Assembly: GCA_048941015.1 (NCBI GenBank)
Contig: JBHLNZ010000039.1
Coordinates: 1-29,194 of the forward strand
Reading direction: 5' to 3'
Source of the DNA: Promethearchaeota archaeon
Lineage (GTDB): Archaea; Asgardarchaeota; Lokiarchaeia; Sigyniarchaeales; SOKP01
DNA: 29,194 bases
A program made the position numbers and the translations under genes. Shown one piece after another: positions 7,737 through 16,944 of the stretch; the stretch's first letter is position 1, and the number at the start of each line of letters is the position of its first letter. The notes under the pieces are model-generated. The model worked only from the letters and a program-made list of their open reading frames with translations. It was not told where the DNA came from and did not search any database.

Positions 7737-9890
7737 TTAGAGATTTTTCAATTTTTCTTGTTCCTTTCGCTTCTTTTTTTCTAGTTTTTTCTTTTGTTTT
7801 TCTAATTTTTTTCGCTTTTTTGCTTCTCGTTTTGCTTCTTTTTCTTTTTGTTTTCTCTCTCGTTTTAATCTTTCAAGTTCCTGTTTTTCTTTTACAATAG
7901 CTTCTAATTCTTGCCTTTCCTTTTCTATTCGTTCCTGTTCTAATCTTATAGCTTCCTTTTTCTCTTGTTCGATTTTTGCTAATCGTTCTTTTTCTAATTG
8001 TTCTTGTGCTTGTTTTTCTTTTTCTAGGCGAATTCGTTCAAGCCGCTCTTTTTCTTTTCTTTCCTTCTCTAGTCTCTCTCTCTCTTTTCTTTCTTGTTCT
8101 AGTCTTTCTAATCTTTCTTTCTCTAAACGGGCTTTTTCAATTCGTTCTCTTTCTAGTCTTTCTTGTCTCTCTTTCTCTAATCGAGCTTTTTCGATTCGTT
8201 CTCTTTCCAATCTTTCCGCCTCCTCTATCTCAAAAAGCCATTTATCTACTTTTAGAAGTAAATCCGCCGTTTCTTTTTTGGATAACCCCAAGCCTGATTC
8301 TTTTTTAATGTAGATATTAGCATATTTACTCATTTCCCATATTTTTTTCTGGTGTAAAGTGGTTGCGCTCACCCCCATCTGTCTTGCAGTTTCCCTCGCA
8401 AGTTCGAAAGCTTGTCCAATCGAGTGCATTTCATAGTCTCCCTCAATTACATTCTTTAAATACAGAAGTATCTGCTTAATGTCTGCTTCAGGCGGGGAGG
8501 GTAATGGTTTAAGTTCAACAATTTCTGATTTTAACGTATCTAATTCAAATGCTTCTTGTTCGATTTCCCTTATTTCTGGTGTTTTAATGTCGGGAGTTTG
8601 GACCTGAACTTGATCCCAATCTGAAGGTGGCTCTACAAGTTTAGGGATAACTATAGGTTCTTTTTTTACTTTTCTTTGAAATTCTACTGGCCAACTGATA
8701 AATGAATATATACGATCTTCCGCTGAGACAAATATTGATTCTTTAGAAAGTTTTTTAGCTTCTGTGCCTGTCGGTTTCGAAAAGATTGGTGGCATACTCG
8801 ACTTTAATGATAAAAAAGCATTTTCTATTATAGAGAATAGATACATAGGATCAAACTCAAGAGGAGAATAAGTAGACATCAAAGTTTGATTATTATACTC
8901 AATAACACTGAGATTTGTGGGAGAGATAGTTTCCTCTAAAAGAACGTCTGCTGTAAAATCAATCCCATTTAATCCTGCTGTTGGATTGAGGTAAGAGGAT
9001 CCTGGTTTGGTTTTCATTTTATCAGAAACTAAAATTTGGTTATAATAGTCTCTGTGTGCGCTTAAAATTTTATAACCCTCATTTGAGATCTGAAAGGAAT
9101 TATCCGTACGTAATTTTTCCATCATCTCTAAAATTATATCCTTTTTAGGAATGAATACATTTCGCATTAATGCCCCCTTTATAAAGGTTAAGTGATCTTC
9201 TGATTTATTAGACAAATCGAGAGGGATTTTTATCACTTTCTCTGCTATAATTACGTCGCGATCATCTTCTAAAGTTACATTTCCTGAAGTAGCCATATGA
9301 TCGTAAACAAAATCTGATAACACTAATCCAGTTAAGATTCGATTATCAGTTACATAATTGCCGGATTCTAATTCAAATTTGAGGAAATAACATCCTAGGC
9401 CAAAAAGATAATGAACTGTTCCTTGTTTAGTTTCAATTGAATAATCCAAACCACTAAAGAAGATAACGGTGTCCATCTCTATGTTTGAGACAGGATGATG
9501 GACATAAGTTCCTAATGTGGGATAACCTAATAAATCACTCCAACTCGGGATCATAAAAAGCGAGTAATTGGGATATAATTTACTTTCCATTTTCAATTGT
9601 TCAAATCTTTCTTTTTCAAGTCTTTCTCTTTCAATTCTCTCTCTTTCAATTCTTTCTTGTTCGGCTCTTTCCATTTCAAGCCTTACTTTTTCAAGTCTCT
9701 CTTGTTCGATACGTTCTTGTTCAAATCTCTCTCTTTCCATTATTTCTTGTTCTGATTCTTCTTTTTTAAGTTCTTCTTTTTCAGGTTCTTTTTTTTCAGA
9801 GTTTTCCTTCATTAAAGCTTCTAGTTCACGGATCTCTTTTTCTAATTTTTCCATATCCGAGTCATCATCATTATTTTTCTCAATCCCCAT
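7737..9890 (-). CDS. Large hypothetical protein with N- and C-terminal E/R/K-rich single-alpha-helix/coiled-coil tracts flanking globular domains
   Basis: 717-aa ORF; pentad ERxE(Q/R/K) repeats at both ends; Pro-rich linker; Lys-rich tail. Confidence 0.88.
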   Translation of the reverse strand: MGIEKNNDDDSDMEKLEKEIRELEALMKENSEKKEPEKEELKKEESEQEIMERERFEQERIEQERLEKVRLEMERAEQERIERERIERERLEKERFEQLKMESKLYPNYSLFMIPSWSDLLGYPTLGTYVHHPVSNIEMDTVIFFSGLDYSIETKQGTVHYLFGLGCYFLKFELESGNYVTDNRILTGLVLSDFVYDHMATSGNVTLEDDRDVIIAEKVIKIPLDLSNKSEDHLTFIKGALMRNVFIPKKDIILEMMEKLRTDNSFQISNEGYKILSAHRDYYNQILVSDKMKTKPGSSYLNPTAGLNGIDFTADVLLEETISPTNLSVIEYNNQTLMSTYSPLEFDPMYLFSIIENAFLSLKSSMPPIFSKPTGTEAKKLSKESIFVSAEDRIYSFISWPVEFQRKVKKEPIVIPKLVEPPSDWDQVQVQTPDIKTPEIREIEQEAFELDTLKSEIVELKPLPSPPEADIKQILLYLKNVIEGDYEMHSIGQAFELARETARQMGVSATTLHQKKIWEMSKYANIYIKKESGLGLSKKETADLLLKVDKWLFEIEEAERLERERIEKARLEKERQERLERERIEKARLEKERLERLEQERKERERLEKERKEKERLERIRLEKEKQAQEQLEKERLAKIEQEKKEAIRLEQERIEKERQELEAIVKEKQELERLKRERKQKEKEAKREAKKRKKLEKQKKKLEKKKRKEQEKLKNL
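8109..8216 (-). repeat. 54-nt tandem duplication encoding [17 protein letters not shown](Q/L) x2
   Basis: Seen directly in the translation and DNA; the copies differ at synonymous positions. Confidence 0.8.
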
Positions 9891-10083
9891 AATATCAACT
9901 CTAAATATAATTTTTTATTAAAATAATTTTAACGAATAACTATTTCTTACTCTTCACTATAATAAAATTTATACTTTTATAGTCTTTGGATTTTCATAGA
10001 TGATTTATTCTTTTAAAGTCTATCGAATAATATTAATAAGGAGACTATAAGAATTTTTTTAAGGGAGTAAAATAGTAAAGATC

Positions 10084-10995
10084 GTGATGACGTCTCTTAA
10101 TATTCTTCCTATGAGTATTGGCTTTATTCTATTCATTTTGGCTTTTATACATGCATTGTTTGATGGTAAGCACAATCTCGTGCAGCGAGTTCTAATGCTA
10201 GCAACACTTTTTTTCTATGGAATTTTATTGGAGTATATTGGAATTATTTCTGGGCATCACTATTATGCAGTGGAGCCTATTATGATTTTAGGAGTAGTTC
10301 CTCTATCGATTCCATTAGCGTGGGTTGGGATTATATATAGTGCGATGATAATTGGTGAACGACTCGAATTATCGCTATGGAATCGCATATTAACAACTAC
10401 TTTACTAGCTTTAAGTTTAGATTGGGGTATGGATCCTATTGCGGTTGAGTTAGGGTTATGGACATGGACGCACGAAGGAGGTTCATTTTTTGGAGTTCCA
10501 AGTTTTAACTTTATAGGTTGGTTTTTTATTCCTGTAGCGTATTTAATAGCCTATAATTTGCATTGGAATAAAGAGCGCAATAAAATAGAGCTCCTTTCGA
10601 TAAGTGAAATTGATAACCATGTATCTTTGAAGCGTAGGCTTTATACATTGTTTTTCGTCATCCCAATAGCTTTAGGTTTTCTAATATTAATAGGCTTAAT
10701 TACTACAATCCCAATAATATATAATTTACCATTTGTTATTGTAGTAATTTGGGAAATTCTTACAATAGTATATACATCTTGGATGGTTTTAAGGAACAGA
10801 GATAAATTATATCGAAAATTCTGGTACGATCTAATTCCTCCGATCATTATTTTGTATATTGGGTATAGTTATGCCGTTCTTGGGTTCTCTATAGGTCAAC
10901 TAATGTTAGGTATTTTCATGTGTATTACACCAATTCCATTATTATTGGTGTTAATTTTTAATCTGCTAAATGGAAGGAAAGTGATTAGAAAGTAG
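10084..10995 (+). CDS. Carotenoid biosynthesis protein family (CruF/DUF422-like hydratase), membrane protein with C-terminal TM extension
   Basis: E..G...G...Y, LGVVPL.IPLAW, D..MDP.AV..GLW.W and FFGVP..NF.GWF motifs. Confidence 0.82.
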   Translation: MMTSLNILPMSIGFILFILAFIHALFDGKHNLVQRVLMLATLFFYGILLEYIGIISGHHYYAVEPIMILGVVPLSIPLAWVGIIYSAMIIGERLELSLWNRILTTTLLALSLDWGMDPIAVELGLWTWTHEGGSFFGVPSFNFIGWFFIPVAYLIAYNLHWNKERNKIELLSISEIDNHVSLKRRLYTLFFVIPIALGFLILIGLITTIPIIYNLPFVIVVIWEILTIVYTSWMVLRNRDKLYRKFWYDLIPPIIILYIGYSYAVLGFSIGQLMLGIFMCITPIPLLLVLIFNLLNGRKVIRK

Positions 10996-11148
10996 AGAAC
11001 TCAAATAAAGCGAAATTATCAATTATTTTTTTCTAAATATCTAATAATTTTATTTAAATAAAAACAATGCGTAAGATTATACTTAATACATAAATTTTTA
11101 ACTTATTAATTGAGAGCATGATTCAAATTTTTAAAGAGGTTATAAACA

Positions 11149-11661
11149 ATGGGTAGAAGTATTGCTATTTTAGGTATTTTAGGAATAATTTTGGGAGCAG
11201 GTGGTTTAGGATTAGGAGGTTATATGTGGATATCTCTAGCAAGAGTAGAAAATCAAGTGAATAGTATTTCAGGACAATCTTCATGGTATAAATATAATGA
11301 GACTAATTTTGCATCTGATCCAGCCTATACTTACTTGCCATTCTTTGGTTTAACTATTGATTTTGAACTTGGATTCAATGAATCAGTATATTTTAATTTT
11401 ATGGCTCTGGCTCATTTAGAACCAGCTGCAATGTGGTCACAAATCTATGCATTATTCAGAGTAGATGGAATTACTGATACAAGCCATTACGCTTTAGTGG
11501 GACTATATAATGGTCAGACTGCTTCTCTTATGATAACTTTACAACATAAAACTTTCGATCTATCTCTTGGAGAGCATAATGTTACTGTAGTTATATATGG
11601 AACTTCAACGGGCAATTACATTTACCGTAGTTCGTTGTTTGTTCAGAGGTTTTCGGTATAA
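11149..11661 (+). CDS. Membrane-anchored/secreted beta-sandwich protein, GLGLG-anchor family; paralog of 588-1094
   Basis: MGRSIAILGILGIILGAGGLGLGGY; sequons NET, NES, NVT; aligns by eye with the 588-1094 product over its whole length; GAGGT RBS. Confidence 0.87.
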   Translation: MGRSIAILGILGIILGAGGLGLGGYMWISLARVENQVNSISGQSSWYKYNETNFASDPAYTYLPFFGLTIDFELGFNESVYFNFMALAHLEPAAMWSQIYALFRVDGITDTSHYALVGLYNGQTASLMITLQHKTFDLSLGEHNVTVVIYGTSTGNYIYRSSLFVQRFSV

Positions 11662-11676
11662 ATTATGAAGTTAATA

Positions 11677-11685
11677 TTTTTTTTT
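11677..11685 (+). terminator. Oligo-T terminator candidate
   Basis: T9 run 15 nt after the stop of 11149-11661. Confidence 0.45.
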
Positions 11686-11782
11686 CAATCTAATTTTTCT
11701 CCATTAAAAATTAATAGTTAAATAAATTGGATTCTTAATAGAATTGTAACAATCTATCAATTTTAGGTAAAGAATTACTTTC

Positions 11783-12790
11783 ATGTACTCTGAGCTTGAG
11801 GATTCGGAAAACAGTATTTATATTAATATCTTAAAGAAATCCACAGATTATAAAACACTCTTAAACTTTGAAAATTTTGAAGGATATATTACTAAAACGT
11901 CTATCACTAAAATTAGAAAGGCTCTAACTAATTTTATCCAAAATATAAAGCATGATAAAATTTCTCGCATCCTACCTATTTTAGTATCATCTAAATTCGA
12001 AAAAGTTAGACTGCTTGATTTAATAGAAGTAAAGCTTCAAGATGCGCGAATGGTATATGTTCCAAGTCCACCTGCGTCTGAGCACATATTCTACCATATA
12101 TACAATTGTTTAATTGAAGAACTGGGATTAAATATCCTTGATGAAATCTCAAACAAGATTCAGACTGAAAATGTTAGGAGAAGTCGATGTGTAAGAGCAA
12201 TTATAGATTACATTCATAATGAAGAGAAAAAAAATGTGGTAATGCGATGGTTTTTGGGTGAAAAATTATCCAACAGTGAAAAAAACATGTTAGGTTTTAA
12301 AGATAATATAGAAGCAGATGATATTTCACTTGAAATGATAAAATTAATTGGCAATTTCTCTAATGAAGTTATCTTACTTTATTTTGATGATATAGAATTG
12401 CCCTATACGGAATTTGGAGAATTTGCTGAAAGAAAATTTTTAGAAACCTTAAAAAGATTAAATCGCGATGTAAAACAGCTAATTATCATCCTAATCTGCT
12501 CCAGAAATTCATGGCCTAAAATACTAAAACTTGCTGATCAGACTCTCAGTTCAATTTTAGGACCAGAAATGGAATTCTACGATCTTTCAGAGGTAAAAAA
12601 ATTAATTTCAAGCGCGATGGATGAATATTGGTTGAAAAATGACATAAAACCTCCAATAAATCAATTTTTTCCTCTCAATGAGAAGCTAATTAATGAATTT
12701 TTTAAACAGTCCGACGGAGAGATAAGACCTTTCTTAAAAGCATATATAGAAGGAATCAGAAAAATAATATCAGGCGAAATATCCATTTAA
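11783..12790 (+). CDS. AAA+/BrxD(DUF2791)-like P-loop protein with degenerate Walker A
   Basis: RWFLGE....E...LG....I motif and Walker B-like ILLYFDDIE; helical lid with PFFPL-like and G.IR.FL motifs. The Walker A position reads ILVSSKFEKVRLL. Confidence 0.7.
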   Translation: MYSELEDSENSIYINILKKSTDYKTLLNFENFEGYITKTSITKIRKALTNFIQNIKHDKISRILPILVSSKFEKVRLLDLIEVKLQDARMVYVPSPPASEHIFYHIYNCLIEELGLNILDEISNKIQTENVRRSRCVRAIIDYIHNEEKKNVVMRWFLGEKLSNSEKNMLGFKDNIEADDISLEMIKLIGNFSNEVILLYFDDIELPYTEFGEFAERKFLETLKRLNRDVKQLIIILICSRNSWPKILKLADQTLSSILGPEMEFYDLSEVKKLISSAMDEYWLKNDIKPPINQFFPLNEKLINEFFKQSDGEIRPFLKAYIEGIRKIISGEISI

Positions 12791-12821
12791 ATCAATATTC
12801 TGGCTAATTTTGAGATTTTAG

Positions 12822-12989
12822 ATGGGAATGGATTTGGTATTTTCTTCAATGATCTTTCCTTACTGGGTGACTAGTTTAGGAAGATGGATATTTTTTATCA
12901 TTAATCTCTTAGTTGTTGTACTAATATGTGTAAAGTATGGAATTAAGAACCTCTCAAAAGAACTAAGAGATACTAGGATTATAACCTAG
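12822..12989 (+). pseudogene. Probable C-terminal remnant of a CPBP (CAAX protease) family membrane gene, or a small membrane protein (55 aa)
   Basis: Translates to MGMDLVFSSMIFPYWVTSLGRWIFFIINLLVVVLICVKYGIKNLSKELRDTRIIT. The TM + YGIKNLS ending matches the C-terminus of 22650-23462 (LYGIKNLSMKE). Confidence 0.5.
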
Positions 12990-13060
12990 TCACAATAAAA
13001 TAACAGGTGTTACTCACGACACTAAATTTGATATGTATAAATAACAATTTTCTTTTCTAA

Positions 13061-13220
13061 AAAAAAAGGTGACAATTTAACCGATGAACGAGGTTAATCA
13101 TCTTAGATCAAGGTCGATCACACAGTAAACTTAAAAGAGTACTAAAGATTTCAACTGGCGAATAGAATTTTCTAATCGGGAGTATTAAATCTCGAAAATC
13201 TTAAAATTGTACCTTTTTTT
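13061..13220. repeat. Imperfect ~20-bp inverted repeats bounding a 160-bp element with internal hairpins
   Basis: AAAAAAAGGTGACAATTTAA (13061-13080) vs TTAAAATTGTACCTTTTTTT (13201-13220), plus an extra GTCACCTTTT at 13223-13232; internal TTAACC..GGTTAA hairpin. Confidence 0.35.
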
Positions 13221-13767
13221 CCGTCACCTTTTAACTTCTATTTATCAAGATCTATATTTTCGTGATTTATATTTAAATATAGTCCTTATGGATTAATTTA
13301 AAATTTATAATTGGCTCTGGTTTCAAATTCCTATAATTTTGCATTAAAAAGTTCAATTTATAAACTTTTTAAAAGTAACTAAAATCTCTAATATACCAAA
13401 AATTCCCCCTTAATCAAAAATGAATTAGTACCACTTCTTAAAAGTCTGGAGGAGAGATAAGAACATCCATAAAGTAATATAAAGAAGCTATTTATAAAAT
13501 TATAATCTCGCAAAATATCCGATGAGTTCATAAGAGTCAAATTTTGTCAAGTCTTAATTAAAAAATAGGTATAGCCTATTATTTTCAAAAATAGAGGGAG
13601 TTAAATGGACTGATTTTATAAATCCATCTCTTTTATTTTATAAGTTTGATTACTTTCTTCCAATATAATATTAAAATGAATTAAAATTCCTTAACAGACT
13701 TTATTTTGATAATAAATTTCTATAGCCTGTACTATACAACATAAGGTATTATAGAAAGTATTGGACT

Positions 13768-14274
13768 TCACAAAATAACAGGGGAAGGAAAATCATTTCT
13801 TAACACCACAATTTCTCCTAAATCTACGTTATTTTCATTTAGCCAAGATTCGGGTAACGCGATATTCATTTGATCCTTATCTTGATCATTGAAATCGAGT
13901 AATTCATTTAGTTGTAAGCCACATTTATTAGTGCTTGTTTGATAAAAGCAGTTCATTAATTTAATTATTTGACTAATGTATTCTTTATCAACGTATTGGT
14001 ATGTTTTATTAACAAGTGATTGAATTACATCTCGTAAGAGCCAATAATTAGTCATAATTTCATGGAAATATGGGATTAATATGAATTTATCTAGAAATCT
14101 CTTTTTAGAAGGAGATTGAAGAAGGTTACTTATTTTAATATATTTACCGGGTTTTAAATTATATTTTTTAATAGTTTCTTCGTTAGTAACAACAATATTA
14201 TTAAAATTTTTAATACTAGCAGTTACTTTAGCAAGATACCAACTATATTTCCGAGAGATTATATTTATTTTCAA
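13768..14274 (-). CDS. Hypothetical protein with two double-psi beta-barrel-like half motifs
   Basis: IVVTNEETIKKYNLKPGKYIKISN and IALPESWLNENNVDLGEIVVLRN resemble CDC48-N/UFD1 DPBB repeats, separated by a helical insert. Confidence 0.7.
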   Translation of the reverse strand: MKINIISRKYSWYLAKVTASIKNFNNIVVTNEETIKKYNLKPGKYIKISNLLQSPSKKRFLDKFILIPYFHEIMTNYWLLRDVIQSLVNKTYQYVDKEYISQIIKLMNCFYQTSTNKCGLQLNELLDFNDQDKDQMNIALPESWLNENNVDLGEIVVLRNDFPSPVIL

Positions 14275-14469
14275 TTCAATTCATATAATCATGTTTTTGA
14301 TATTTAAATTTATTTAGTTTTAAAAAGGAGTTAAAAAAAGTAAAAGAAATCAATCAAAAATGAAAATTAGGATAATTATAAATGGATGATGAAGGAAACT
14401 ATATATAGCTTCTAAAATTTATGGAGTTAGTAAAATAGATAATAAAATTCATCATTAAATGAAATCCAA

Positions 14470-14919
14470 ATGAAGAAAGAAAATGTAAGAGACAAGTTTG
14501 TTGGAGCGTGGAAGCTTATTGCTTATGAAATTCGAACAATTGATGGTCAGGTTTTAGAGAAAAATGAATTAACGGGCATATTGATATATAGTAAGGAGGG
14601 ATATATGTCAGTCCAGATGATGAAACCTGAACGCCCGAAATTTCAAGATGGTACTGGAGAGGATCTTGATGGAGAATCAATTGAGGTGATTAAAGCTGCA
14701 TTTGAGGGGTATGGAGGTTATTTTGGTAAGTATACTCTCGATGAAGAGAACGGAATTATAACACATCATATTCTGGGATCTCATATTCCAAATTGGGTAA
14801 GTATGGATTTTGAGCGTCTTTACCGATTTTTAGGAAATAAATTAGAACTTACTTCACGACCATTTCAATCTGATGACAAAAGAGTCTTTTATTACCTACT
14901 TTGGGAGCGTTTTAAATAA
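14470..14919 (+). CDS. Lipocalin-like domain protein (Lipocalin_5 type)
   Basis: FVGAWKL..YE, G.LIY...GYMSVQ, YFG.Y, ITHHI..S..PNWV, LLWER. Confidence 0.88.
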   Translation: MKKENVRDKFVGAWKLIAYEIRTIDGQVLEKNELTGILIYSKEGYMSVQMMKPERPKFQDGTGEDLDGESIEVIKAAFEGYGGYFGKYTLDEENGIITHHILGSHIPNWVSMDFERLYRFLGNKLELTSRPFQSDDKRVFYYLLWERFK

Positions 14920-14964
14920 ATTATAGAATTAAAAACGATAGACTTTTTCGCGTAGGAAGGAAAC

Positions 14965-15645
14965 CTAAAAAGAATACGGCTTATCTTTAAGCCTTTTTCG
15001 GGTATTATATTTTCGTGCTCTCATTCTCCAACCTAGATTACCCATTGTTTTGTAGAGACCGACTGGTATTAAATTCTTTGAAATGAGATCGAGAGCTTCT
15101 TGAGAGACATTTTTACCTTCTGATGAAGCCTCACTTGCAAGGTCTAATCCTTTCATCACATTTCTTACCATGCCTCCGCGTTCTTTAAGGGGTATTCCAT
15201 GTACTGCTTCTCCTCCTCCAAAAGCAATTCCTCCCTTCCACGTAAAACCAGCCTCACTTGCGAATATTTGGCAAATTTCTAACGCTACACTTATTTGTTT
15301 CGATTCTGGAAATCCCGAATTGGAGATGGCGACAAAATTCTGAGACTTCGAGCTTTTTATTCTGTCTCGTTCGCTTTTTATCAGTTCCATGGCTTTAATA
15401 ACTGGTGCGGGTAAGCTATCAACATATAATGGAAAAGTTAAAATAATTAAATCAGCGTTCTCAATCATCGAAAATAATTCTTGTACTTTTTCTGGGCGAT
15501 TAACTAGTCTATGTATGAATGTTTTCTCGCTTTTCATCCCTAATTCTTCCAATTTCTCTACTAAGTAATTTCCAAGGGATGCAGAAGTACTATTTTCTCC
15601 TCGAGGGCTTCCAACTAAGAGAAGAACATTCTTTGGATTATTCAT
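14965..15645 (-). CDS. Flavodoxin-like NAD(P)H-dependent (FMN) oxidoreductase
   Basis: LLVGSPR..NSTS, ADLIILTFPLYVDSLP, NSGFPE. Overlaps the upstream gene by ATGA, indicating translational coupling. Confidence 0.88.
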   Translation of the reverse strand: MNNPKNVLLLVGSPRGENSTSASLGNYLVEKLEELGMKSEKTFIHRLVNRPEKVQELFSMIENADLIILTFPLYVDSLPAPVIKAMELIKSERDRIKSSKSQNFVAISNSGFPESKQISVALEICQIFASEAGFTWKGGIAFGGGEAVHGIPLKERGGMVRNVMKGLDLASEASSEGKNVSQEALDLISKNLIPVGLYKTMGNLGWRMRARKYNTRKRLKDKPYSF

Positions 15646-16232
15646 GCTTCTGCCTCCACTTTTTTTAAAATTTTTTTGAACTCGTTTAAAAATTCGGTCT
15701 GATCGCCATTCTTAGTATAGATTATAACATTATGATGCGGTGCTTCCGTATTTAACGAATTACGATGCACTAATTTTCGGAATACGGATTCTTTCGCCTT
15801 ATCAGGTTTATCTAAAAATCCTACAACAATAATAGAAGCTCGTTTTTCATAACGTTGTTTATGGTGAATTTCACCTGCTCGTTTTGTAAAGAAAGGTAAT
15901 ATGGTTGGGATAAATCTATCTATCACTTTCTTTAATTCAGAAGAATATCCTCCAAATGTTATTGGAGTAAAATGCAGAATGAGATTAGTTTGAACCATCT
16001 TTTTAGCGATTTCTCGACCAGAATCATCGATCTTGCATTCTCCCGGTGTTTTAACCCAGCAATCGAAACAACCTTGACAAGCCGCAACTTTAACATCCCT
16101 TAGTAGAATAGATTCAACATTATAATCCCGACGCTTTATTTCTTCTACTATTGACGAATATAGCAAGTCAATTTCAGAATCTTCAGTAATACTTCCATTT
16201 AATAATAATGCGTTAATCATTTTTTCAATCAT
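15642..16232 (-). CDS. Iron-sulfur flavoprotein-like flavodoxin family protein
   Basis: LLNGS, CQGCFDCWVKTPGECKIDD Fe-S motif, TPITFGGYSSELKKVIDR. The true start may be the second Met. Confidence 0.9.
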   Translation of the reverse strand: MIEKMINALLLNGSITEDSEIDLLYSSIVEEIKRRDYNVESILLRDVKVAACQGCFDCWVKTPGECKIDDSGREIAKKMVQTNLILHFTPITFGGYSSELKKVIDRFIPTILPFFTKRAGEIHHKQRYEKRASIIVVGFLDKPDKAKESVFRKLVHRNSLNTEAPHHNVIIYTKNGDQTEFLNEFKKILKKVEAEA

Positions 16233-16307
16233 CTTATTCGATAAAATAAATCCTTAATTAAAAAAAATGTATAGACCAATTTTTTTATCGTATTAATTAG
16301 TATTAAA

Positions 16308-16820
16308 TTAAAGGTTTATAATAAAATCCCCAGAGCATTTTTCACGAGAATTTAATAAACATTTATCGATTTCAGGCTCAATAGTATGATCAATTCCTAG
16401 TCCATCTAACCAACAACTCACTCGATAAATTACCCCACATTCATACTCTTTCTCAAATCCAAACATTTTCATTCCATTATAGGCAAAACATTTGTTCATT
16501 TCCCAATGCATCCGATTTTTTTGAGGAAAAGTGTAGACAAAGTCCATAAAATCCCCTTTTAAGATGCTAAAAGCGTTATCAATAAAATCTTTTAATTGAT
16601 CAAAGGTTTTGATTTTCAATTTATCCAAACCCATTGCCTTTTTGATTCTTTGCATTTCAATTGTTGAAAGAGTTTTAATAGCCGCTTTGTTTAGTTTATT
16701 AGCAGCATCAATTCCTAATTCTCGACCACAATTATAAAACCAGGCACCGTCGTGAGTCATCCAACACTTCACAAGTAGTTCTTTTAATTGCTTCTTATCA
16801 AGTTGATCAAATAATACCAT
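16308..16820 (-). CDS. DUF6125-family protein (V4R-like small-molecule-binding fold)
   Basis: K.WMTHDGAWF, G.DAA..LN..A and conserved Cys (KCFAY, YEC, KC....KC). Confidence 0.75.
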   Translation of the reverse strand: MVLFDQLDKKQLKELLVKCWMTHDGAWFYNCGRELGIDAANKLNKAAIKTLSTIEMQRIKKAMGLDKLKIKTFDQLKDFIDNAFSILKGDFMDFVYTFPQKNRMHWEMNKCFAYNGMKMFGFEKEYECGVIYRVSCWLDGLGIDHTIEPEIDKCLLNSREKCSGDFIINL

Positions 16821-16944
16821 CTTGATATTAAATATGAGTTAATAATTTAAAAAAGAGTTATTTTTTAATTCAAATATAGAGATGAACGTTTTATAAAAAA
16901 TAAAATAAAAAAGTGGATTAAAGTTAAAACTTACTTTGATTTCT

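Noticed and set aside
7737-8260. Mobile-element or non-coding tandem repeat in the CT-rich tract
   Set aside because: Fully explained as coding sequence for the E/R/K-rich helix on the minus strand.
1307-10847. Antisense ORFs 1307-1594, 3922-4155, 4552-4755, 6969-7328, 7359-7592, 7976-8308, 9568-9921, 10641-10847
   Set aside because: Shadow frames overlapping well-supported genes. Those opposite the E/R/K repeats are F/L/S-rich artefacts of low complexity.
11783-12790. BREX defence system
   Set aside because: Only a BrxD-like resemblance with a dead P-loop; no pglX, pglZ or brxC nearby.
13075-13230. Selenoprotein/SECIS on the minus strand (frame reading ...LLCDRP-TGA followed by a hairpin)
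   Set aside because: The frame has an upstream in-frame TAA, shows no similarity to known selenoproteins, and the hairpin is too short for a SECIS.
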